From positions 5,890,001-5,954,000 of the forward strand of contig NC_047073.1 of NCBI RefSeq assembly GCF_902459465.1: 64,000 nt of DNA, given 5' to 3'. Source of the DNA: Asterias rubens (taxonomy: Eukaryota). The notes under the pieces were generated by a model, which made no database searches, was not told the origin of the DNA, and worked only from the letters and a program-made list of their open reading frames with translations. Numbering within the stretch: position 1 is the stretch's first letter; the number at the start of each line of letters is the position of its first letter. Of this stretch, positions 1 to 12,451 are shown piece by piece. The translations under genes and the position numbers were made by a program.

Positions 1-3000
1 AAGATTAAAAGCATGACTGACTGGTATATTTTAAAGCAACGGGAGCTCACAAAAGGAGTAACTCAGAAAATTGAAGAGCAGAAAACACAATTACAGAAAT
101 AAACACCAAATACAACAGATATTGAAGAAGGTCATAGAACAAAGGTCAGAGGTCAGAGCACCAGCAGAATACAGGGTAATTAAAAACCAAATTTTCCCAA
201 CATCTGCTGGTGCAATCATTCCTAACTAGTAATAGAGCAAAGAGCGGAAAGTATGACACAGAACGAGAGAGAAATGCAGGAGAGAAAAACGCTAGAAATA
301 CCTGTACACTACGTCAGGGATGAAAAACAGTTAAGATATGACAGCAAGTTGTATAGATTTGAGGGAAATGACATGGACATAAGGCTGTTGATATGTAAAG
401 AGAATTAGAAAGGCTGTGTGAAGGAGTGTAGGGAAAAAAACTAGAAAGCAGTGTTTAAGGCACACAGTTTTTATTTTTTATTCTTTTTTTTTGTTTTATA
501 ATTATTTTATTTTTTCAGCCTTCTTTATGGAATGATCTCCAAAGTTGTGGTCCAAAGTGGAATGTTTTATCAATAATTCACAATCAGGCAAGTTACATAT
601 TTTGATTTGGGGATGCCACCAGGATCCATGTCATCACCATGGTTATGACCTTCTTGGCCAGACAGTCAAAATTGCACATAGCGCTGCCATTGTACAACAC
701 ACTCCAAATCAAAATACATAACTTGGTTCTGTGTCTGGCTTTGAAGAATTGATTTCAGAATAAAAAGGTATTGACCAACCACCCTAAGTGCCCTATAAGC
801 AGAGACAATCAAACTCATCCTCAAGGTGTTCTCAATTTGTCTTTCCTTATATACAAGATTTTTCTTCTTCTAAAAAATAAAAAAGGTGCAGGAAATTCTA
901 TGCACTATTCAATTTAATACTGGCAATAATGCGTACAACTTAAGGGGTGCGTTATGGCAGTCATAATCAATAACCGTTATGGTCATTGGCCAATTCGATC
1001 GAAACAGTTATTGGCTATGAACGCCAAAATGCACGCTAGAATGGTTGGTAAATACAGATTAAAAAAAGCTCAACTTCGAATTTGACATGGAGCCAATTCC
1101 AATTTCAGGCAGTTCACGTCATTAATATTATTTTATAAAAAAAACAAAAAACAAAAAACAACAACATGCAACTACACGTCCCAACAATATCGTCTGTATC
1201 TACAAAATCTGAGTTTTTTATACTCTGAAAAAATCTTACACTGTATTTCAATCTACAAGAAATGGATTTAACATTACAACGACTGGTACCAAAATATATA
1301 TGCAAGCCTCAAAAATCTTGTTTTATCTTCTTCTTCTTAACAAAGCATCCCAAATTGGTTTTTAAAAATCTTTAAAAAACAAACAAAATTTTGAAATCAA
1401 AGCAATATTCAAACCGAATAACCCAAACAAAATAGAAATGAACGACCCTGCAACTATTTCATGAATTTAACAGGATGCTGAAAGATCAAACTTTGTATAT
1501 TGAAAAATTAAAATTTACGTATAAGTTGTACAATTTCGAGGGTAATGGCAACAAAAGGAAAAATCCATGTTTCATGTTTACTTTTGAAAAAAGAAATAAT
1601 AAATTAAGAGAAAAAAAGGAGGAAAAAAACAGTAAAGAACTCAAAAACCATTTTTGGTTAGTGGTTTTAACATTGTCAAAACATGGAACAGTACTGACTG
1701 ATTTGGGTTGGTTCTTGGGTTAACCAAGTTTTCCCACATGCTTTTTAGCTTGTTGTTTTCTTTTACTTTACAAATTGCACCTCACAAACTTATTTATAAA
1801 CAAACGAAAGTAGCTAGCAATACCCATCTCAAGAATTGCAGCTTTGATGTTTTGCTTCTTCTTTTTAAGCCTCAGATATCATCTTGGCTCCAAAAATAAA
1901 AACTCAACTTAATTGCAAAGTTAAGCAGATAAATTGTTTAACTCGGTGGAAGCGACCCCCGAAACGATCCCTACCAAGTAAATACTAAATTGTAGTTCAA
2001 AATCTAGGATTCTGCGGCATTTAAGAATGACCTTTAACCTCATAAATGTTTGGGTTTATATGCACAAGTTTAAAAAATATATTGTAAGAACCTGTATTGG
2101 ATGGATTGTCTAAGTGCGGTTATACAAACAGGAAAATCAAACACCACCCCCCCCCCCTCCCAAATCAAGGTTTTAGTCTTGTGTCTCCGAAAAAGACTCC
2201 ATCGGCTCTTTGCTCTATTATCAGTATATACAAACCACCGTCCTCTCTCATTTATAATTAACAATATAATAATTATCGTTATAACAAATCTACGAATTAT
2301 TGCCAAAAATGCACATTCTTAAATAAATTCATCTGCTTGAAACAGAAGACATTCAAATTCCATAAACTTTTTTTTTTTTAATTTGTGAATAAAACGGGAC
2401 AATTTGTGGTATGCAGCCCAAATGTTAGAGAAGTCTAAATTAATATGGGTCTGCAAACAATATTTGGACCTCGAGATTTGAAATTAAAAGAAGTGAAGTA
2501 TTTGTTTTTGTTAATTCATATACCTAAGACTACCACCTAATATTAGACAAACACAATCCAAGAAACCTTTTTTTAATAATCAGTGATCACTCATATACCA
2601 TGTAAAACATCATTACTCTTTTTATTAAAAATTGAAAAACCGAAGAAAAGTTATTTGTGATAAAGTTTTTTTTGTTACAACTGCATTCTCAAGATTGATA
2701 GAAAAAAAAATTACAATAAATTTGTCAAAACATGCACCAAAACCTGTTCACCACAGCAAAATAAAAGACAAAATCCCATGGAAATATTACAATTTCAGAG
2801 ACTTCGATAACTAATCTAGAAATTTATGAAGAGAAAATAAAAAATACTTCCAGACGATATCAAAAGGAGCAGATAATTCAAACATGTCTTTGCTCAATAT
2901 ATTTTCAAACAACACATCACACCGTGCCTTGACTAAGAACATAAAATGAAAGCCTGTTTTCTTGTTCGTAAAAAACTTGATTGTTCCAGTACTACCCTTT

Positions 3001-3744
3001 CAATTTCTGTTGGACTAAAACACTCCCTCAAAAAAAGACAATCGCTTTGTTTCGGGTTTTTTAAAACACGCTTGTTTTGAGATCAGATGATTGAATGATC
3101 TCCTCCTTTCTTTCACGAACACCAACAACAAAAATGATAAAGATATTTTGATCCACAGAAGTCTCACAGTAAACAAGTTAAAATAGCATCAAAGCATGCA
3201 CAAAAAAGTCCCTTGTTTTTATCTTTTAATAAATCTTGGTATTAAAAAAATAATACACCTGACAGCTCTGTCCTGGTTTATTAAACCAAGAATACAATTT
3301 GTACATCAGTTACAATTACTTATATTCTCACAAATTCCTTTCAGTTCCACTGAACTTTCTGGACTTTTTTTATTGTTTCTTTTGTTTTGGTCCTGGGACC
3401 ATTAAGGAGCACAAATTGTGCAAAAACAAACCCACTTTGTGTTTTCATGGTTACACAATTGGCTCCTTGTAAAATGAGTCAGAGAATGAAAATGATGGAA
3501 AATTTATCGTCCCTTGACTTAAAAACCCCCTCTACCAATCATGGTACACCCCGCAGAATCTCAATATAATACAAATCCATTTGAATTAAGGGTCTGCTCC
3601 ACTCACTCTGTGGGGGTAGAGCAATAACAGAATCTTCCATGTCCTCTTAGTTCACCACCCCCATTTCTATAGTGCGAATGGAGAAGTCCTTATGTCTTAT
3701 CATTGTCGAGGAGCATATTCCATGTGGTAAGCAGGGGTGGATTT
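1..3744 (-). other. Putative long U-rich 3' UTR or downstream region of PTB
   Basis: Follows the stop codon; strongly U/CU-rich on the minus strand; several AATAAA; the true 3' end cannot be fixed. Confidence 0.5.
589..725. mobile_element. MITE-like inverted-repeat element
   Basis: caagttacatattttgatttgg ... ccaaatcaaaatacataacttg imperfect TIRs. Confidence 0.55.
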
Positions 3745-3816
3745 CTATGACATCTGCGTTTTGGAGAAAGACACCCTCAAGTGGTTTGACTCACTTAACT
3801 GGCAGTTGTGCTGAGC
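3745..3816 (-). CDS. PTBP1: PTB last coding exon (AQHNCQLSESNHLRVSFSKTQMS*)
   Basis: HLRVSFSK is the PTB C-terminus; ccttgcag|GCT; TAG at 3747-3745. Confidence 0.97.
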   Translation of the reverse strand, partial: AQHNCQLSESNHLRVSFSKTQMS

Positions 3817-4136
3817 CTGCAAGGGAGAAAACAAAGAAACTCATAGTAGATGATAACATTTTAAGACGCTTTGATGAAACAAAGAAAACAACTCAATCTT
3901 GCAAACAAATTACTTATTTACATTAATAACTGGCTAGTACCAACATGTCTATAAAACAATAACAATAATATAATAATAATAAAAAGATATTTATAACAGT
4001 TAAAAGGAAACTAATGCCTATAACTAGTGCCTGTAACTGGCCAGTACAAAAATGACCATAGTATCCCAACTTGTACCAAAATGTCCTTAGCAGGCTCAAC
4101 TGGGCAGTAGAGCAAAAAGCAGCTGTACGAGGCCTG

Positions 4137-4282
4137 CAGCCGATTTCACGAAATGCTAGAATTAAAACTATCTCAAGTTAGGATTTATCTTAAGGTCTGC
4201 ATGCTACAGTGCAGAGTTGGGACTCGTCCTAAGTCCTAAGATTAATCTTAAGTTAGGAAGAGTTTGGTGAAATCGACGGCTG
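4137..4282. mobile_element. MITE-like element
   Basis: TIRs cagccgatttcac ... gtgaaatcgacggctg. Confidence 0.55.
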
Positions 4283-4743
4283 CACCCAAATGACCATAGC
4301 ACCCACCATAATAGCCCTGATAACATTTTCCTACGCTTTGATGAATCAAAGAAAAGGACTCAATCTTGAAAATAGATTATTCATTTTAATACAGCAATAA
4401 GAGTATTTGCAGTGAAAGGGTTTAAAACCCTGGGGAAAACATCGGTAATTGACAAAGACCAGTATCCGCATTTTGTGTGACCTTACATACACAAACAGTA
4501 ACAAACCTAAGAAAGAGTAAGCTCATTTAACCATCTGAGATGCAAGAAAGTATGAAAACCCCAGTTTGTTTTCACTGTGTTTAAACATCCAGTTACTGTC
4601 TTGAGAGCTCAAAACTAATTTGCCGGTTTCAAATGTACGTTCATTACCTCGTACCACTCTTTTATTTTCTTACTATGAAAACTTGTTAGCTTGCTGTCTG
4701 AACTAATGTGATTTGAGATTTGAGAATTGAGAAAGAGACTTAC

Positions 4744-4807
4744 GATGAGAGCGTGGGTGGATTCTTCCACAGAGTTCATCTGAATCAACGCCATACGACG
4801 ATCCTTC
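4744..4807 (-). CDS. PTBP1: PTB RRM4 exon (KDRRMALIQMNSVEESTHALI)
   Basis: Matches KDRKMALIQMGSVEEA; ttacag|G and ATC|GTAAGT; 64 nt. Confidence 0.97.
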
Positions 4808-5379
4808 CTGTAAGTTATAAACACAAATATCATTCACGGTTAACTGCTGGCTTTGCCCTGAAAGTAATTTCACTAAAACGGACCACAAGTATGTGAGCTT
4901 CATGGTAGAATTGAGCCTTTGATGACACAAGAATGGAATTCTAGTCAGTACATGTACACCACGACAATGCTCATCGCAAATTTGTCTATTGAAAATTTTT
5001 TTAGTGGTTTTCAAATTTAAAAAAAAATGGCTGCCATTGCTTGTTCTTCTACCTCATGATTTGTCAAAGGTCAAACCTGCATATGCATTGGCCCTATGCT
5101 CACAAACAGTGCCTTGCTGAGGTCAAAAGATCATCATGTTTTGGCTGAAACTTGTGCTTAGTTCATATGCACTAGCCATGCTAGCCACATTCAATCGTAT
5201 GCACTAGCCTCATTCAACTGTTTACCCAGCAAGTAGCTATTCACATGGTGTTACCTTAAACCAAATATATAACCATTCCGGTGTTTGAAAAGGGTCTAAA
5301 AACATTTAGGGCAGAAGGTAACACTGGTGATGAAATCTATAGAAAAGGTTGCAAAAAGGGACAAAAAATAGATACTTAC

Positions 5380-5454
5380 GGGAAAAATTTGAAAGACACA
5401 ACTGATCCGTGCTGACTAAAGGCACTTTGAAGATCATCTTCTGTTACACTGGCT
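5380..5454 (-). CDS. PTBP1: PTB RRM4 exon (ASVTEDDLQSAFSQHGSVVSFKFF)
   Basis: gatacag|A and CC|GTAAGT; 75 nt, phase 2-2. Confidence 0.95.
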
Positions 5455-6072
5455 CTGTATCAACAAAAAGAATCATATTATCATCACTAGTGAGAGTTTA
5501 CAAATTTGTTAGTCGGCAGAACAAGCTGGGGATCTTATCCCCTCAGCCACATTGCGCATTGATGGAGGAAAAGAACTGTACATGCACATGTACATGTATA
5601 TCTGCTGAAGTACATGTACTTCATTAATCAACAGAATTGAAAGGTATTTTCCAGACTCATGATTTGTTTCGGTGAGGTATTGTTTTTCAATTGTAAAACA
5701 CAAGACCGCTGGACTTGTCTGGCCCAACACTACAACCACTGGCCTCGGGCCTACGATCCAGTGTATGGTTTGAGCCCTGCAGCATCTGGAACACTCCTTT
5801 GGAGGTTTTCCAGAAGTCAAATGGACGGGTCCATGTTTGCTCACTGGACACTTAACCAAGAAGGGGTGAGTACATATTCACATTCAAACTGGGGACCTAG
5901 TATAACAAAAGAGGACAATAGGGTTCACGGTTCGGAAACCGTGTACAAAACCAATGGCAGCTGTTGCAAAAAAGTTAACAAAGTATAAACAAAAGACGGC
6001 GATTGGAGGTCCACAGTTGCACGCGTTTACACACGTATGTGGAGAGATAGTGGAATGATACCCAAAACTTAC

Positions 6073-6191
6073 GGAATGTTTGAAAGATGCAGGGTAGCGG
6101 AGGGTGGGAATATGTTCTGGAAATTTTTGGAGCCAGGCTTCTTGAACCGATGGAGCGGTGAGTTGTTGTAGTCTTTAGTCAGACCAGCATC
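6073..6191 (-). CDS. PTBP1: PTB RRM3-4 linker and RRM4 start ([40 protein letters not shown])
   Basis: Invariant PTB motif [30 protein letters not shown]; tttcag|GAT and CC|GTAAGT. Confidence 0.99.
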
Positions 6192-6521
6192 CTGAAATAT
6201 GACGGGTACATTAAAAAGTGAACATAAAGAGGAATGTTACTTAATTAGCACTTCACTGTGCATAGTGGCCATAACTGGACAGTCCCAAAATACCCATAGT
6301 GGCCATAACTGGCCAGTCCCAAAATACTGGAAGCTCGACTATCTATGCTTAAAAACTCACAATGATGGCAAAAAGTGCAGCATATTGTGTTAGTAATAAA
6401 AAGTCACTGATGATGAATAAATGCATACAAAACGTCTGACCGACCAAAAGGCTGCATTTTTTATCGTCTAAAAAACAGATAAAAGAATTTTAAAAACTGC
6501 AAGGAATCATGTGTGTCTCAC

Positions 6522-6619
6522 CGGCTGTCCCTCTCTCGGCATGGCCACCTCACGATACTTAGAGGGCGCTACCCTCAGCTGCTTCCCAAACAACTTCACA
6601 CTATTCAAGTTAGCAAGGG
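6522..6619 (-). CDS. PTBP1: PTB RRM3 end (ALANLNSVKLFGK...SKYREVAMPREGQP)
   Basis: ttttag|CC and CCG|GTGAGA; 98 nt; PREG motif. Confidence 0.95.
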
Positions 6620-6787
6620 CTAAAACAACAACAAAAATAAAAGTATTATCACAGTGACAATTGTTAAAGTTGGCAGGCCTCAAAATAACCCACCATCCAC
6701 AGCAATTGCTGTGACGCCCTGTGCTTTTGCTGTGGTGCCCTCTGCAAGGTTTCAATATAAACTTACATTTTCCCCGTAAAAGTTCCC

Positions 6788-6934
6788 ATAAGCCACTTCA
6801 GAGTGTCAGCGGCGCACGTACGTTACTGCTGACAACGGGGTTTGTCTATGTATTGTCAAAAGGATATGAGAGATAGACAAAATCCATTGTCAGCAGTAAC
6901 AGACATGCGCAGCTGACATTCCGAGGTGGCTTAT
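6788..6934. mobile_element. Palindromic MITE nested in an older repeat (about 6715-6975)
   Basis: ataagccacttcagagtgtcagc ... gctgacattccgaggtggcttat; the flanks rejoin to match the repeat at about 29425-29535. Confidence 0.7.
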
Positions 6935-7047
6935 TACCACTAGAAAATTGCTGTACCCCTTCAAGAGCTATATCCGGGTGTTGTCTTACTTGTGGGCTTG
7001 GAATGCAGGCTTGGAATGCAGGGTTGGAATGTGGGATTGAGTGGGTA

Positions 7048-7159
7048 GGGTTGGGGAAAGGCAGGGTTGGGGAAAGGCAGGGTTGGGGAAAGGCAGGGTT
7101 GGGGAAAGGCAGGGTTGGGGAAAGGCAGGGTTGGGGAAAGGCAGGGTTGGGGAAAGGTA
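7048..7159. repeat. 16-bp minisatellite (gggttggggaaaggca) x7
   Basis: Seven consecutive copies read directly. Confidence 0.95.
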
Positions 7160-7329
7160 GGTAGGAGAAGGGGAAGGAATGGTGGACCCTACCTTTTTCA
7201 ACCTGGTGCCCTTAAGCCATCTAAATAAAGATATTTTCTCACCTTTGGCGATTGGGCTTAGGTTAGGGAGCAGGGTTAGGGAGCAGGGTTGGGAGGATTG
7301 AAAGGTAATGGGAGGGGGTTATACCGTAC

Positions 7330-7422
7330 CTGTCTGAGCCTGGTGTGCATCAGCCATCTGAATTAGTGCGTTGTCTCGCTTCTCGTACAAAATCTTAACT
7401 CTTTTCACGTCACCATATACCC
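7330..7422 (-). CDS. PTBP1: PTB RRM3 exon ([30 protein letters not shown])
   Basis: Matches PTB VYGDVQRVKIL...NALVQM; ttacag|GG and CAG|GTACGG; 93 nt. Confidence 0.97.
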
Positions 7423-8022
7423 CTGTAATAACCACAGCATTATAACAGATATTAACTCTCAAATTCTGGGGCAGATCAATAAATTTGAATATTAGTTTAA
7501 GTTAGGGTTAATTAGTAGTTACCACCCGGTTAATAACTTAACAATTCTTGTAAGCTTATAATTGAACACCTAAGCCGTGATCAAATTAATCCTTAAAAAT
7601 GCCTAATTTCAATACGTCAATCAATCTTCTAAGTAGCATGAAAGAAATAAATTTGTTTAAAGAAGCTTTTGGCCAAAAAGGTTTGAAATGCCAAAAACAA
7701 ACTTAAAGCAAGATTTTGAGCTACAATTTGTGCTTGTTCAAAAAGTAGAGAGTCTTAAAACAACTAAGGCTAAAATTTGGAAGTAATAATAAGAGTTATT
7801 TTTCAATGATTAACAAAATAATAACGACAACAAAACAAACCAAATCAAAACTATCAGAAGACAAATCTCCCAGAGGAAAATAAACTCAACCCAAACCACA
7901 AACAAAACTTGACTAACCCTTTCGTGAACCGTGAACCTAAATGTGTTGACTGTCAAATTACTTTTTAAAACCTACAAACAGTTTTGAGTTTTAGAAGCTA
8001 CTGTACCAAATTTCGAGGTCCA

Positions 8023-8177
8023 ATAGACCTTATGCACATGACGTCATTTCAGTACGGCGCCCCCGCATTGAGGTCAAAAGGAGGTTGTTCATTGGCCAAT
8101 CTATGTGCGTTTCGATTGTATCTTCACCGTTTGACCTCAAAGATGGCGGCTGGATGACGTCAATGCATAAGGTCTAT
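8023..8177. mobile_element. MITE with ATAGACC...GGTCTAT termini
   Basis: atagaccttatgcacatgacgtca ... tgacgtcaatgcataaggtctat. Confidence 0.75.
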
Positions 8178-9614
8178 ATGAATGGCTCTCACTGGCAGTA
8201 AATTTCAATCCAGGACGCTGTTTTCAAAATTCAAAGATCTGAAATGTCTTTCAAAAAGATGACATTTTACCACCACCAAAGGTTCCTCTTCTTGAACTTG
8301 TATTCCCCCCCCCCTTGCCACACCCTCAAGAAAAAAACATGTTAAAACAAAGATTGTTACAATATTTTCCCCTTTTCAATACTTTTTGGTACAGTATATT
8401 GGTAAACGAAAGGGTTATATAAACAAACAGACAGCAAAGCCATTGAGGGTTTTGAATCGTGGTGGCCGATAAAAGATAGGTGTTGTGCGAAGGGAGATTG
8501 GTCATGCAAGACTAATTTTATATCTCTGACTTGTTGTCAATTTTCTTAGTTTGTTTTCATAACAAAATTCTTATGAAAGAAGGCTTGGTGTAACACCACA
8601 AATTGTCTTTTTGAATCAATTTCATTCTTGATTTCTGTGTGCAACTATAAACAATTTTTTAAAAAAATTGGCTTTTCAAGAAGATTCTAGAAAATCCGAT
8701 CACAACTTTTATCCTCAAGAACTCTACAATGTACAAAACCTTTTTAATGCTTTAAATTGAGATGATGTAATTTAACCCTTTTTTTTTACAGTCAGTTGTT
8801 AAGTGTCAATGTTATTTGTTTTTGTTCACAGCAAAGAGGTCATTTAAAAATCGTTGGGGGAAAACTACACATGCATCTAGTCAACACTTCCTATCAGGTC
8901 AAGAATCATGCAAAAGCCAAGAGATTTAGAGTTTTAGATGTTCTTATGTTTTGATTCCTTTTTTTTCTTTTGCTTTGTGTTACAGAGTTTCCCAAAGAAA
9001 TAATAAGAGGGCTTAGAAACAGACACACCTAAATTCAGGAGTATTAGGTATATAAAACAAACCAAACCACAGCAAACAAAATCATAAATATACACCCCCA
9101 CTAATGCAATGGATTATTCCATTCAATATCAAAATCAGATATAAAAAGGAGAGTCCATTTCGGTAGTTCAAAAAAATACTTCAAAAAAAGCTTTTAGTTA
9201 TAAGTTTCTCAATAACTGTGCATCAAGTTTTTTTTTCAAAACAAATCCATCAAAATGTTGCTTGTGACATTTTTCTCGCAAATTGGCAAAAATTTCAAGC
9301 AAGGCAACAATGGTAGTTTTTGTTAAGGTTGCGATTCTAATCATGTATTGTTTTTTTCCACAAGTAAAAAAAAAAGCTTTTCTATTTGTTGGGGCGACAA
9401 CAATAATAAAACCTGCACCACAAACTCTGCTAAATTCTGCTCAACTCTCATGAACAAGGGTTTGCTCTCTCAACAATGACTTGCTCAATACAACTTGTTA
9501 TATTTTCTAACCCCAACAAGAAACATGAATATATTGCAAACCACAAGTTGAGAAAATAATTTCGCGTGAAAACAAAAGACCTTTCATTCTGGCATTGACA
9601 TCTTGTTTAAATGT

Positions 9615-9747
9615 TAGGCCGTGTCCGAATTGGCGACTTCGGCTACAGCTACGGCTAGGGCGCGCGCGTCTGCTATTCTTCAACACTGACAGACGTGCTG
9701 ATCTAGCCGTAGCTGTAGCCAAAGTCGCCAATTCGAACACGATCTTA
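9615..9747. mobile_element. MITE, family copy 1
   Basis: taggccgtgtccgaattggcgac ... gtcgccaattcgaacacg; near-identical copy at 15888-16021. Confidence 0.8.
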
Positions 9748-10651
9748 CATTCATTTCAGTGGCCTTTTTTGGAATCATGGCCTCCGGCTTTGGTTCCGGC
9801 TTTGGTTCCGGCTTAGGCTCCACAGGGACACACAATATTATTGTCAGTGAAACCAACAGCTACAGCCAAAAGCCGCAACCGAACTGAACGACTTTGGCTA
9901 CGGCTATGCAGCAGCAATGTTGAAGGGTTGGCTTTTTCATCCATCTGGTCATAGCCACTACCAAAGCCGGACACAGCCATAGCCAACTGTTATCTTCAGT
10001 GTAATTTCAACAAAGATAACCGCCAATGCGCACCTTGAGTTGGAGAAGACTTGAGCAGAGTTTAACAGGGCATAAATAAACATAAATGCTAAGCAATGAT
10101 ACAAAGGTTAATTAACTCAAAACGGTAAGGAGGGCTGGGGAGTATTTTGCAGACCACTGCATTATTGACTTGTTGAACTTAAGAGTACCACTGAGGCTTC
10201 AGTAAAGCTGTACTGAGAAATTTGTGTAAAGCTAAACAGCTAAAGGCATTATTACACGATAATAACAAAGATGGAGCTAATGCATTTTAGTAAGTTTCAA
10301 ATACATGGATTGTATTGGAAATCTAAAAATGCTCTTCCACCATAGGTTTCCAGTTCTAGTATTTTGATAGAATTTAGGTGTTTTTTGTTTTTTCCAGACT
10401 CTTTACAGGCATGATGTTCCAGTTTAGTGTGTTCAAAGTTTGATGTAATTTTTTTGAATAACATGTCGCAAATGAACTCACTGGACAATGGTCTGCAAAT
10501 ATGGGTAGGGGGGAGGGAGGGTGGTCTAGGATCTAGGGTATGGTTAAGGTTAGGATGGAGGTGGTGTTGGGGCAATAAAGGATTGGGTTAGGGGGTAATT
10601 TGGTCAAGGGGTTGAAGGGGTAAGGGGACAAAAACGTAAAATAGTGCATAC

Positions 10652-10685
10652 CAAAGAGGGTAAAGAGAGCCTGAGGCGTGACGAG
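10652..10685 (-). CDS. PTBP1: 34-nt RRM3 exon (LVTPQALFTLF-G), equivalent to PTBP1 exon 11 / PTBP2 exon 10
   Basis: gcatag|CTC...TTTG|GTATGC; exactly 34 nt; matches VTPQSLFILFG. Confidence 0.96.
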
Positions 10686-12245
10686 CTATGCGACACGTGT
10701 AGAAGGCGAGAGGTTGTGAGGGCGATACAGCGACAATATGACACATAGGAGGCAGAAAGAGGAGAGATGGAGAGAGAGAAAAAAATCAACAATTTTAAAA
10801 ACAATAATCATGTTATTTTGAGGGGGGAAACATTTGGTGCATGGGCATCGTCACCAGGTGGCTAAACTGGGCTATATTATCACCATGATAACGCATCATC
10901 GCAGGCAGTGATCATCTAACTTTATCTAGTCAACTTTCTTTGAAACAGAATACAAAGGAATAATTGTAGTGATTGTTGTACTTTTGTGCTCCAGGTTTAA
11001 CCAGAATTGTTTATGTTTGCATCTATAAAATAATAAGCTCTACATTAACACATGCATATTTTTAAAAATCGCTTTTTAATCTTCTGAAAATATTGTTACG
11101 ATTGCTTTGAAAATTTCAATTATTTGCACTTTTCAAATCAATAAAATGACTAGAAAAATTGCAATGACAAAGCAGCCACACATGTCTAGTTTTCCTGATA
11201 AAATCAACCTTTGAGAGGGCAAGGCCATTTTCATTTTGCAAAGGGCACTTCTATTGGAAAATCTTAACACCTACGTGGATTTTTTGTAGGGCACCATGGC
11301 CAAGGCTAGAGGTCATAGCCCTGGCCTCGGTATAATTCATGAACGAACTTTCTACCCAAATTAAGAATGAATATACAGTTTTAAAGGTGCCATTCCCGCT
11401 TAAATATCACATGCCTCTGTCTCAAGTACACAGACGCATGTACAAAAGTCAAGATTGCCACTTCGTAAAAAGGGGTCTGTATGCAACATGGCAAATATAA
11501 GAATACGACTTGCGTATATACAAAGAAAAGTCATAAAAATGCAGCAGGGAGTATACACTAGGAGTTAAAATCCGTAGCTGAAGATAAATAAAAAGCCGAA
11601 AAATAAGAGAGAATACTGAAGCCCCTCTTACCAGGCATTCAATGAGTTTTAAGGACTTGTCAGAGATATAATGTCAAGGTATGAAACAACTGTAGGAGCT
11701 AAGAACTAAATTGCACAGACTCGGGGGCTGTGACATTAAAACATGCAGAGAAGAACTTCATTTATACATGTATGTGTCAAGACTGGAAGCTGCTGACTGT
11801 GTCTATAAAGGGCTGGGAAATCTGACAAAAGATAACAAGTTTCTAGTTTTGGTTTTGATCAAGCATAACACAAGGATTGAACATACTTATTGATTGAACC
11901 TGATACATGTAAGTCATGCACTGAAGAAAGCATTGAACATTGAATCTGTAAAACTTGTGTGGTAAATACATCCTTATGAGGAGTTGAACATTCAACTAAT
12001 TTCCATTGTTCCATTAGATCACTGGGTTTCATAAAATATTCCTGAAATTAGAAGGCCACTAACTTATTTGAAAAAGAAAAACTTTTAGATTGTTTTTCGC
12101 TGAAAAGAAAGAGTGGTCCTGCCAAGTCTACTCTGAGAGGGAAGTGACTTTTGAAACTTTTTCTAGTGTGTTGAAGTTCACCCTGTCTATTATTCTTTTC
12201 TAAAAAGAAGGCCATCAACTGAGTTGGGAAGGCAAAGCAACTTAC

Positions 12246-12451
12246 TTCAGTGTTGAGATTGCTGACTAACAGTACTGGTGTCCCTTGCATGTTGTGCATG
12301 CTTTGCATGCTTTGCATGCTTTGCATTCCCTGCATCCCCTGCATTCCGTGAAGGCCTTGCATTGCTAGAGTGTTTTGGAAACGCAGGGCAGCTGCCGCCG
12401 CTGCGTTCTGCTGCATGCCACCTCCGATGAAGGCACTACCAAACCCAGGAA
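12246..12451 (-). CDS. PTBP1: PTB linker and RRM3 start (VPGFGSAF...MQG repeats...TPVLLVSNLNTE)
   Basis: VLLVSNLN is the RRM3 RNP2; atgttag|TT and GAA|GTAAGT; 206 nt. Confidence 0.95.

Noticed and set aside
7255-7295. TTAGGG telomere-like repeats
   Set aside because: Only about three interrupted copies; part of the local G-rich repeat
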